Positions 34,459-42,601 of a stretch of 64,000 bases of DNA are shown here, piece by piece. The notes beneath the pieces are model-generated. The model searched no databases, was not told the DNA's origin, and saw only the letters and a list, made by a program, of their open reading frames with translations. This stretch comes from an uncultured bacterium (GTDB taxonomy: Bacteria > Patescibacteriota > Minisyncoccia > Minisyncoccales > RBG-13-42-11), in assembly GCA_963790795.1 (NCBI GenBank), contig CAWBPO010000001.1, positions 268,073 to 332,072 on the forward strand, written 5' to 3'. Position 1 is the stretch's first letter. Every line of letters starts with the position of its first letter. The translations under genes and the position numbers were made by a program.

Positions 34459-35400
34459 ATGATTGAAGTTTCTGTAATAATACCTTGTCGGAATGAAGAA
34501 AAGTATATCGGGAAATGCTTGAGCTCTTTGCTAAATCAAGATTATCCAAAAGAAAAACTGGAAGTTTTGGTGATTGATGGAATGTCCAAAGATAAAACCA
34601 GAGAAATCATAGAAAAATTCAAAATTCAAAACTCAAAAATCAAAATCAGATTGTTGGATAATCCGAAGAAATTTACCCCCTTTGCTTTGAATGTCGGCAT
34701 TAAAAATGCTAAAGGCGATATTATTGTCAGGATGGACGCTCATGCCGGCTATGAAAAAGATTATATTTCAAAATGCGTAAAATACTCCATTGAGTACAAC
34801 GCAGACAATGTTGGCGGATTTATGAAAACTTTGCCAGCCGGAAAGAGTTTAATGGCAAAGGCCATTGCTTATTGTTTGTCTAATGTTTTCGGAGTAGGCG
34901 GTTCATATTTCAGGACCGGATCAAAAGAGCCTCGCTGGGTGGATACGGTTTTTGGCGGATGCTTTAAAAAGAATGTCTTTAACAAGATAGGGCTTTTCAA
35001 CGAAAATCTGTTCCGGAGCCAGGATATGGAATTTAATTTAAGATTGAAAAAGGCCGGAGGTAAAATTCTTTTAGCTCCAGATATTGTAAGCTATTATTAT
35101 CCCAAATCCACTCTTAAAGATTTTTTTGTTCATAATATTAAAGACGGGATTTGGGCGATTTATCCTTTGAAATTTGTTAAATTTCCCCTAAAATTAAGGC
35201 ATTATATCCCTTTGATTTTAGTTTTGACCTTGCCTTTGAGCATTTGGCCATATATTCTGCTTTCTTTGTTTTTTTCCTTTAAAGTCGCAGTTAGAGAAAA
35301 AGATATCAAATTGTTTTTCATAATGCCCTTGGTATTTGCTGCCAGGCATATAGGATACGGCTTAGGTTCAATCTGGGGCTTAGTAAAATTATTATTTTAA
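34459..35400 (+). CDS. family 2 glycosyltransferase with C-terminal TM segments
   Basis: VSVIIPCRNEEKYIGKCLSSLLNQDY, VIDGMSKDKT, RMDAH and SQDMEFNLRL. Confidence 0.85.
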   Translation: MIEVSVIIPCRNEEKYIGKCLSSLLNQDYPKEKLEVLVIDGMSKDKTREIIEKFKIQNSKIKIRLLDNPKKFTPFALNVGIKNAKGDIIVRMDAHAGYEKDYISKCVKYSIEYNADNVGGFMKTLPAGKSLMAKAIAYCLSNVFGVGGSYFRTGSKEPRWVDTVFGGCFKKNVFNKIGLFNENLFRSQDMEFNLRLKKAGGKILLAPDIVSYYYPKSTLKDFFVHNIKDGIWAIYPLKFVKFPLKLRHYIPLILVLTLPLSIWPYILLSLFFSFKVAVREKDIKLFFIMPLVFAARHIGYGLGSIWGLVKLLF

Positions 35401-35404
35401 AGCA

Positions 35405-36208
35405 ATGGAAACAAGGAAACAGAAAGAAATTGAATATTACGATAAGCAGGCGGAAAACTGGCTGAGGGATAATCCCAATAAAATACAAGAAGGGGACTTT
35501 GAAGGTTTTAATCCGTTGGTTTTGTCCAGTTTTCAGTTTTGTTATAAACTTCTTGGCAGGAATTGTCAGAATAAGATAGTTTTGGATTTTGGCTGCGGTA
35601 ATGGCGTTCATTCCATTTTTCCCGTAAAAATGGGAGCAAAAAAACTCGTCGGCATTGATTTGTCCGAGTCTTCTCTCAAGATAGCCATAGAAAGGGCAAA
35701 AAAAGAAGGAGTTTCAGATAAAACAGAATTTTTGGTGATGGATTGCGAGAAAATGGATTTTCCTGATAATTATTTTGATATTATTTTCGACGGAGGCACC
35801 TTTTCTTCTTTGGATTTGAACAAAGCGTATCCCGAACTGTTCCGCGTTTTAAAGCCAGGAGGCATTTTAATCGGAATTGAGACGTTCGGACACAATCCCT
35901 TTACCAATTTGAAGAGAAAAATAAATAAATTAGTCGGTAAAAGAACTGGATGGGCGGCAGAGCACATTTTTCAAACTAAAGATTTAAAAGAAGCGGGAAA
36001 ATACTTTAAAGAGATTGAGGTTCATTATTTTCATTTAAAGTCATGGCTGGCTTTTCCGTTTTTAAGCTTGCCTGGAGGAAAGCTTCTACTGAAGATTCTG
36101 GAAGCAATTGAAAAACCTTTTCTTAAGATACCATTTTTGAATAAGTACGCATTTAAAGTGGTATTTGTTTTTAAAAACCCAAAGGTCAAAGAGATAATCT
36201 CTTTTTAA
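35405..36208 (+). CDS. class I SAM-dependent methyltransferase
   Basis: Motif I VLDFGCGNGVHS, LVGIDLS and LKPGGILIGIE. Confidence 0.75.
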   Translation: METRKQKEIEYYDKQAENWLRDNPNKIQEGDFEGFNPLVLSSFQFCYKLLGRNCQNKIVLDFGCGNGVHSIFPVKMGAKKLVGIDLSESSLKIAIERAKKEGVSDKTEFLVMDCEKMDFPDNYFDIIFDGGTFSSLDLNKAYPELFRVLKPGGILIGIETFGHNPFTNLKRKINKLVGKRTGWAAEHIFQTKDLKEAGKYFKEIEVHYFHLKSWLAFPFLSLPGGKLLLKILEAIEKPFLKIPFLNKYAFKVVFVFKNPKVKEIISF

Positions 36209-36229
36209 CCTCATCTGAGGATTCGGCAA

Positions 36230-36823
36230 ATGATTAAAAGACTATTTGATATCATATTTTCCCTTTTTGGCTTGATATTAACTTCTCCTTTGTTTTTGCT
36301 TTTTTCTTTTCTGATAAAACGGGAATCACCGGGACCTGTTTTTTATCGTGGCAAAAGGGCGGGAAAAGGAGGAAAAGAATTTCTTATCTTCAAGTTCAGA
36401 ACCATGGTCGTTGATGCTGAAAAGATAGGGGGGCCCTCAACTTCCGGAGACGACCCACGTCTTTTAAAAATAGGCAGGATTTTAAGGAGATACCAATTAG
36501 ATGAACTGTCCCAGTTTATAAACATTTTAAAAGGAGAAATGTCGTTTGTCGGGCCAAGGCCGGAAGTGCCTTCGGAAGTGGCAAGATATGACAAGGAAGA
36601 CAGGGAATTAATCCTTTCAATAAAGCCAGGATTGACTGATTTGGCAACCTTGGAAAACGTTCATGAAGAGGAAATTTTAAGGGGAGCAGAAGATCCCCAC
36701 GAAGCTTACAGGAGATTAATCCAGCCGAAAAAAATACAATTAGCCAAAGAATACGTGAAAAGGCGCTCTTTCTGGCTGGATATTAAGATTATTCTTAAAA
36801 CCCTCAAATCTGCGATTTTTTAA
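36230..36823 (+). CDS. small monotopic phosphoglycosyl transferase (PglC/WbaP-C-type bacterial sugar transferase)
   Basis: MIKRLFDIIFSLFGLILTSPLFLL...SPGPVFYRGKRAGKGGKEFLIFKFRTM...DELSQFINILKGEMSFVGPRPE. Confidence 0.85.
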   Translation: MIKRLFDIIFSLFGLILTSPLFLLFSFLIKRESPGPVFYRGKRAGKGGKEFLIFKFRTMVVDAEKIGGPSTSGDDPRLLKIGRILRRYQLDELSQFINILKGEMSFVGPRPEVPSEVARYDKEDRELILSIKPGLTDLATLENVHEEEILRGAEDPHEAYRRLIQPKKIQLAKEYVKRRSFWLDIKIILKTLKSAIF

Positions 36824-36854
36824 ATGTTTTCTTTGAAAAAATAACCCTCCGTAT

Positions 36855-37736
36855 TTAAAATACGAAGGGTTGTTTTGCTTTGGCTTTTTTAAGCTCTCCG
36901 AATTCCAATACAATAGCTGTCGCCTCATCTGGCTTTTCCTCGTTCATTCTCTTTTTGATTAGCATCTCTTCAAGGGTCAATCCGTTATCTTGATAATCGC
37001 GAATTGACCTTTCAGCTAGTCTTAGCAGCCTTTCAGGAGAAGTCTCTTCATAAGGGAAAAAACCGTCAGAACAGAGAATAATGATTTCAAGGTCTTTAAT
37101 GGGAAGCGAAAAGGAATTCCAGTATTTTTCCAGAATCGGCTGGCCGTTCAAAACATAGTAGCTGTCTTTTGATTGGGGATTGTTAATGTCTTGCTGTCGG
37201 AGTTTGGCAAGTATGGGCGCGAATTCTACCCACATTTCTTCCTCGTTGTTGCCGTTTCTTTGAAGAATTTCCTCCCGGATTTCCATGGTTTTCTTTTCAT
37301 GACTGTAAACGGGATTGGGAGTAAAACCAATTTTCCCTGATCGATAGCGCCAGAATATCAGACAGTCGCCAAACTGCAAGAAATTCAGTACATTTTCTTT
37401 AACCTTTGCGATGGCGAAGCAAGCTCCGGGAATACGGCCGGCATTTTCTATGGATAACCCGTGAGCTTTGATGGTTTTTCCGACTACTACATTTATAATA
37501 GAAGTATAGGACTCTAGAGAAATATTAGCTTTTGCTTTTTGGAAAACTTCTACTGCCGTGGCAGCGATCATTTCCCCGCCGGTCCCGCCGTCAAAAAGCA
37601 TCGGCGGTTCCCTGTGTGAATGAGGTGCGCTTAAAGCGTCAATCGCTCCGTAAAAAGGATGTTTTATGATGATAGCATCTTCTTCTCGCTTATGTCTTCC
37701 GTGGTCACAAACTCCAATAGCTCTTCTAAAAGCCAT
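36855..37736 (-). CDS. PP2C-family (PP2C_2-like) protein phosphatase domain protein
   Basis: This is the only full-length minus-strand CDS in the window. HGRHKREEDAIII, FDGGTGGEMIAATAV, ILCSDGFF and DEATAIVLEF correspond to PP2C metal-binding motifs. Confidence 0.5.
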   Translation of the reverse strand: MAFRRAIGVCDHGRHKREEDAIIIKHPFYGAIDALSAPHSHREPPMLFDGGTGGEMIAATAVEVFQKAKANISLESYTSIINVVVGKTIKAHGLSIENAGRIPGACFAIAKVKENVLNFLQFGDCLIFWRYRSGKIGFTPNPVYSHEKKTMEIREEILQRNGNNEEEMWVEFAPILAKLRQQDINNPQSKDSYYVLNGQPILEKYWNSFSLPIKDLEIIILCSDGFFPYEETSPERLLRLAERSIRDYQDNGLTLEEMLIKKRMNEEKPDEATAIVLEFGELKKAKAKQPFVF

Positions 37737-37880
37737 TTCTTTGCTCCTTTACTCTTATTTCGGAAAGATTCTGATGTTAAAGGGCTGTTTTTCCCTCCGA
37801 TTGAAATTATCATAACTAAATTTATATTTTTTGTCAAATATTGATTCTTTGGCTGGAATTGAGTAAAATTAAGATATTGT

Positions 37881-38708
37881 ATGGATAAAACAAAAGAGAA
37901 CAATATTGAAGAGCTGGAGAAGTTATCCAAAGAAATCAGAAAGGAAATTCTGGGAATGATTTATCGCACAAAAAGCCCTCATATCGGCTGTTCTTTTTCA
38001 ATGGTTGAATTATTGGTTTCTTTATATTTCAGAGTTCTTAACATTAATTCTAATAATCCAGCAGATAAGAATCGTGATAGGTTTGTTTTGAGCAAGGGCC
38101 ACGGCTGTCCTGCTTTGTATGCTGTTTTGGCTAAAAAGGGGATTATTGATAAAGAATTTTTAGAAGGATTTGCCAAAGAAAACGGAACTTTGGAACAGCA
38201 TCCTACGCGCAACCCGAATATCGGAATTGAGATTACCAGCGGTTCTTTGGGCCATGGGTTGTCAATTGGCGTTGGTATGGCCTTGTCTGCAAAATATGAC
38301 AATGCTCCTTGGCGAGTTTTTGTTTTTTTGGGAGACGGCGAGCTTAACGAAGGTTCAAACTGGGAAGCGATGATGTTTGCTAAGCAGCATAATTTAGATA
38401 ATTTAGTAGCTATTGTTGACCACAACAAGCTTCAGGCCATGGAAAAAAGCTCAGAAGTCATTAACCTCGAGCCTTTAAAGGCAAAATGGGAAGCATTCGG
38501 CTGGAATATCAAAGAAGTTGACGGACACAATGTTGAAGAAATTGTTTCTGTTTTAAAAAATATTCCTTTTGAAAAAGGAAAGCCCTCTTGTCTTGTTGCT
38601 CATACGATAAAGGGCAAGGGAGTTTCCTTTATGGAAAACGAGCCTCGATGGCACGATAAGTATCCTGACGACGAAGAATATCAAAAAGCTTTAAATGAAT
38701 TAAAATGA
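37881..38708 (+). CDS. transketolase, N-terminal subunit (second copy)
   Basis: PHIGCSFSMVELLVSLYF, DRFVLSKGHGCPALYAVL, GSLGHGLSIGVGMA and LGDGELNEGSNWEAMMFA...AIVDHNK. Paralogue of 17687..18514, also 275 aa. Confidence 0.85.
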   Translation: MDKTKENNIEELEKLSKEIRKEILGMIYRTKSPHIGCSFSMVELLVSLYFRVLNINSNNPADKNRDRFVLSKGHGCPALYAVLAKKGIIDKEFLEGFAKENGTLEQHPTRNPNIGIEITSGSLGHGLSIGVGMALSAKYDNAPWRVFVFLGDGELNEGSNWEAMMFAKQHNLDNLVAIVDHNKLQAMEKSSEVINLEPLKAKWEAFGWNIKEVDGHNVEEIVSVLKNIPFEKGKPSCLVAHTIKGKGVSFMENEPRWHDKYPDDEEYQKALNELK

Positions 38709-39634
38709 GGAAAATTTTCTTTCAAACTTTGGAAGAATACGCAAAAAAAGACAAAAGCATTTTTATACTGGCCGCGGATTTAGGAGTGAAATTTTTCCAA
38801 AACTTCAAAAACATTGATCCTAAAAGATTTTTAAATGTCGGCGTAGCAGAAGCCAATATGATAGATATTGCTGCTGGTCTGGCCATGTCCGGCAAAAATG
38901 TTTATTGCTATTCAATTACTCCTTTCTTGATAGATAAAACTTTAGAACAGATTAAAATTGATTTATGTTATAACAAGCTGAATGTTAAATTATTGGGAGC
39001 GGGATCTGGCTTTATTTACGGAGCTGAAGGCGTAACCCATCACGCTTTAGAAGATTTGGCTGTGATGCGTTCTCTGCCCAACATGACTGTTGTTGCGCCG
39101 GGAGATGCTTTAGAAGCTGAAGCTTTAGCTAAAGCTTCAATTGATTTTCAAGGACCCCTTTTTGTCCGTTTTGGCCGCGATATTGATCCTGTTGTCCACG
39201 AAAAAGATTTTCATTTTGAAATAGGAAAGGGGATCGTTGTTAAAGAAGGAAAAGACATTTGCTTGATTGCCATTGGCACTATGCTTTATCCTAGCAAGCT
39301 GGTTTGCGAAATTTTAGAGAAACAAGGATTCAATCCTACTTTAATCAGTCTGCACACCTTAAAACCGTTGGATGAAAAACTGATTGAAGATTGCGCCAGG
39401 AACTATAAAGCCGTATTTACCATTGAAGAGCACAATATCATCGGCGGATTGGGCTCGGCAGTGGCTGAGGTTCTGGCTGAAACCAATTATTCTGGAGTTT
39501 TTCGTCGTTTGGGCATCCCGGACAAGTTTTCAGCTGATTTTGGAATTGGCGGCCCAAATTATTTGCTGGAAAAGATCGGTTTGACGCCGGAGAAGATAAG
39601 CGAAGTTATTTTAAATTTAATCAAAAAAATATGA
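38705..39634 (+). CDS. transketolase, C-terminal subunit (second copy)
   Basis: FLNVGVAEANMIDIAAGLAMSGKNVY, GVTHHALEDLAVMRSLPNMTVV. Start overlaps the upstream stop. Confidence 0.85.
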   Translation: MRKIFFQTLEEYAKKDKSIFILAADLGVKFFQNFKNIDPKRFLNVGVAEANMIDIAAGLAMSGKNVYCYSITPFLIDKTLEQIKIDLCYNKLNVKLLGAGSGFIYGAEGVTHHALEDLAVMRSLPNMTVVAPGDALEAEALAKASIDFQGPLFVRFGRDIDPVVHEKDFHFEIGKGIVVKEGKDICLIAIGTMLYPSKLVCEILEKQGFNPTLISLHTLKPLDEKLIEDCARNYKAVFTIEEHNIIGGLGSAVAEVLAETNYSGVFRRLGIPDKFSADFGIGGPNYLLEKIGLTPEKISEVILNLIKKI

Positions 39635-40737
39635 AACTTGAGGTTCCTTTCGTAAATTATAAATTGCAATATCAGAATTTGAAGAAAGAAGTAGACAATG
39701 TGATCCAAGGCGTTCTGAGCAGGGGAGATTTGATTTTAAGGCAGGATGTCGAAGAGTTTGAAAAGAACTTAGCTTCGGCTGCCGGCACTAAATACGCAGT
39801 GGGTCTGAATTCTGGTACAGATGCCTTAATTTTGTCTTTAAGGGCAGTTGGCATTGGTCCGGGAGACGAGGTGATAACAGTTTCCCACACTTTTTTGGCT
39901 TCAATCGCCGCTGTTGTTCACGTTGGAGCCAAGCCGGTTTTAATAGAAGTAAAAGAAGATTTTACGATTGACGTTGAGCAGATAGAAAAGGCTTTAACAG
40001 AGAGAACAAAAGCCATAATACCCGTTCATCTGAACGGCAGAGTTTGCCAGATGGATAAATTAATGGACATTGCCAGAAAGAACAATTTAATTGTCATTGA
40101 AGACGCTGCCCAGGCCTTACAAGCTGAATTTAAAGGCAAAAAAGCAGGGTCTTTTGGTAAGACAGGCTGTTTCAGTTTTTATCCGGCAAAGATTCTTGGG
40201 GCTTACGGCGATGCTGGCGGAGTGACCACCGACGACGAGGAGATTGCAGAAAAGATAAGGCTTTTCAGAGATCACGGGCAAAAAACAAAAACTGAAATTG
40301 TTTGTTATGGATGGAATTCAAGACTGGATAATATTCAAGCAGCTGTTCTTAATCTTAAATTCAAATATTTGCCAGAATGGATAAAAAGGCGAAGAGAGGT
40401 TGCTGCAATTTATAGTAATGGTTTGAGCGGCGTTTCCGGAGTGGAACTCCCTCCTGCTCTTGATTCTGACGATAAACATTTTGACGTTTTCCAGAATTAC
40501 GTTTTAAAAACGCAAAAAAGAGACGAACTTTTTAATTTTTTGAAGGGAAAAGGAGTGGAAACTTTGATTAAAGACCCGATTGCCAACCATCTTCATCAGA
40601 ATTTGGGACTTTCTCATTTTAAGCTTCCTTACACGGAAAAACTGGCAAAAGAAGTTATTTCTTTACCTCTTTATCCTGAATTAACCCAGGAGCAAATAGA
40701 ATACGTTATTGAATGCGTCAGAAATTTTTATGAATGA
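39631..40737 (+). CDS. DegT/DnrJ/EryC1/StrS-family PLP-dependent sugar aminotransferase (PglE-like)
   Basis: NSGTDALILSLRAVGIGPGDEVITVSHTF, IIEDAAQAL and the FSFYPAKILGAYGDAGG lysine motif. Confidence 0.85.
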   Translation: MKLEVPFVNYKLQYQNLKKEVDNVIQGVLSRGDLILRQDVEEFEKNLASAAGTKYAVGLNSGTDALILSLRAVGIGPGDEVITVSHTFLASIAAVVHVGAKPVLIEVKEDFTIDVEQIEKALTERTKAIIPVHLNGRVCQMDKLMDIARKNNLIVIEDAAQALQAEFKGKKAGSFGKTGCFSFYPAKILGAYGDAGGVTTDDEEIAEKIRLFRDHGQKTKTEIVCYGWNSRLDNIQAAVLNLKFKYLPEWIKRRREVAAIYSNGLSGVSGVELPPALDSDDKHFDVFQNYVLKTQKRDELFNFLKGKGVETLIKDPIANHLHQNLGLSHFKLPYTEKLAKEVISLPLYPELTQEQIEYVIECVRNFYE

Positions 40738-42601
40738 TTTTTTCAAAAAAATCTTATTTGAGAAAAGGCCGTTTGCCAAGCTGTTTTTCTTTTCTTTTAC
40801 TGACGGACTCTTAATTGTTGTTTCTGTTCTTTTGGCCTTTCTTGTCCGTTTTGAAGGATATATTCCAGCCCGCTATCTTTTGAATATTGAAGGGATAATA
40901 ATTTTAGCTCTATCAATTACCCTTCTCATTTTCTATCTTTTCAAACTTTATTATTTCACCTGGTCGTACGTCAGCGCCGAAGAAATGATTGCTTTGGTCA
41001 AGGCCGTATTTTTAAGCTTTCTTATTTTAACCGCCACCTTTTTCGTTTTAAGAGACCATCCGATTTTCAGCGGTTTTCCCCGTTCCACTCTTTTTATCAC
41101 TTATTTCTTTGTTTTTGTGCTTTGTGGCGGCTTTCGTTTCAGCAAAAGAGTTTTTTTGCAGGTTTTTCCCTCTAAAAAACAAAAAGAGAAAGAAAGAACT
41201 TTGATTGTTGGCGCTGGAGATGCTGGCGAACAGCTCTTAAGAAGCATATCAGTTTTTTCTTCCAGTCCTTACTTGCCTGTTGGTTTTGTTGACGATAGTC
41301 CGGCAAAACTGGGAGTTTTAATTCATGGCTTGAAGGTTTTTGGCGCGATTAAAGACATTCCCAAGATTGTCAGGGAAAACAGAGTTGAAGGCTTAATTAT
41401 TGCCATGCCTTCTGCCGATTCGCAGATCATACAGGAAGCAGTTGAAAAAGGCAGGGAAGCAGGCTTAAGAAAGATAAAAATAGTCCCGCCGATAGAAGAA
41501 TTGATTTCTGGCAGAGTAAGCATCGGCCAGCTTCGCGAAGTGGAAATGAGCGATTTGCTGGATAGGGAACAGGTTTCTTCCGAGCAAAAACCAATTGAGA
41601 ATTTTATCAAAAATAAGACAGTTTTGGTTACAGGTGCTGCCGGCTCCATTGGTTCTGAACTTTGTCGGCAAATAGCCAAATTCAGGCCTTTGTCTTTAAT
41701 TTTATTGGACCAGGATGAAACAGGCATTTTTAATATTTCCGAAGAATTGGAAGATACTTTTCCAAAACTGAAAAAATCCTCTTTAATAGCTGATATTAGA
41801 GACGAAGAAAAGATTGAGCGCATTTTCAAGGAGTTTCGTCCCAATATTGTTTTTCATGCTGCTGCTTACAAGCACGTGCCTTTGATGGAAGAAAATCCAG
41901 ACGAAGCTGTTAAAAACAATGTTTTTGGCACGAAAATCGTTGCTGAAACTTCAATAAGAAACGGCGTAGAAAATTTTATTTTCATTAGTACTGATAAAGC
42001 GGTAAATCCAAGTTCAGTAATGGGAGCGACCAAAAGAATGGGAGAAATGATTTGCCAGGTTTTCAGCCAGAGAAACTCAACCAGGTTTATTTCAGTCAGA
42101 TTTGGCAATGTTTTGGACAGCCGGGGAAGCGTCATTCCGATTTTTAGAGAGAAAATCAAGAAAAGAGAGCCAATAGAAGTTACTCATCCTGACATGACCA
42201 GATTCTTTATGACCACTCCTGAAGCCTGCCTTTTGGTTATGAGGGCAGGAGCAATGGGCCGAGGCGGAGAGGTTTTTATTTTAGATATGGGCGATGCCGT
42301 TAAAATAGTGGATTTGGCGAAAAAAATGATTTCTCTTTCAGGGTTGAAGCCAGATGTAGACATCCCCATTGTTTTTACCAAGCCCAGGCCAGGAGAAAAG
42401 CTGTTTGAGGAGATTCTGACAGCCGAAGAAGGAACGGTTGCCACCCAGAGCCAAAAGATTTTCATGGCAAAATTATCTGTGATTAACAAAGAAAAAATGG
42501 ATGCTAAGTTGTCAGAATTAAAAAAAGCAGCTGAAAGCGGAGACAAGCAAACGACAATAAAGATATTAAAAGAAGTCACTGATTATGGCAGACAAAAATA
42601 G
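40730..42601 (+). CDS. membrane-bound NDP-sugar 4,6-dehydratase (CapD/PglF/WbpM family polysaccharide biosynthesis protein)
   Basis: ORF 40709..42601; ATG 40730 overlaps the upstream stop. Four N-terminal TM segments. VLVTGAAGSIGSELCRQI, FHAAAYKHVPLME, STDKAVNPSSVMGATKR and RFGNVLDSRGSVIP. Confidence 0.85.
   Translation: MNDFFKKILFEKRPFAKLFFFSFTDGLLIVVSVLLAFLVRFEGYIPARYLLNIEGIIILALSITLLIFYLFKLYYFTWSYVSAEEMIALVKAVFLSFLILTATFFVLRDHPIFSGFPRSTLFITYFFVFVLCGGFRFSKRVFLQVFPSKKQKEKERTLIVGAGDAGEQLLRSISVFSSSPYLPVGFVDDSPAKLGVLIHGLKVFGAIKDIPKIVRENRVEGLIIAMPSADSQIIQEAVEKGREAGLRKIKIVPPIEELISGRVSIGQLREVEMSDLLDREQVSSEQKPIENFIKNKTVLVTGAAGSIGSELCRQIAKFRPLSLILLDQDETGIFNISEELEDTFPKLKKSSLIADIRDEEKIERIFKEFRPNIVFHAAAYKHVPLMEENPDEAVKNNVFGTKIVAETSIRNGVENFIFISTDKAVNPSSVMGATKRMGEMICQVFSQRNSTRFISVRFGNVLDSRGSVIPIFREKIKKREPIEVTHPDMTRFFMTTPEACLLVMRAGAMGRGGEVFILDMGDAVKIVDLAKKMISLSGLKPDVDIPIVFTKPRPGEKLFEEILTAEEGTVATQSQKIFMAKLSVINKEKMDAKLSELKKAAESGDKQTTIKILKEVTDYGRQK

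Noticed and set aside
37979-38428. 149-aa minus-strand ORF, and similar long antisense ORFs at 41323..41844, 42184..42579, 56617..57114, 58271..58666 and 45110..45457.
   Set aside because: Each lies entirely antisense to a plus-strand gene with strong family motifs (transketolase, CapD/PglF, TraD-like ATPase, pgk, murB). They have no motifs of their own and are shadow ORFs typical of AT-rich coding sequence.
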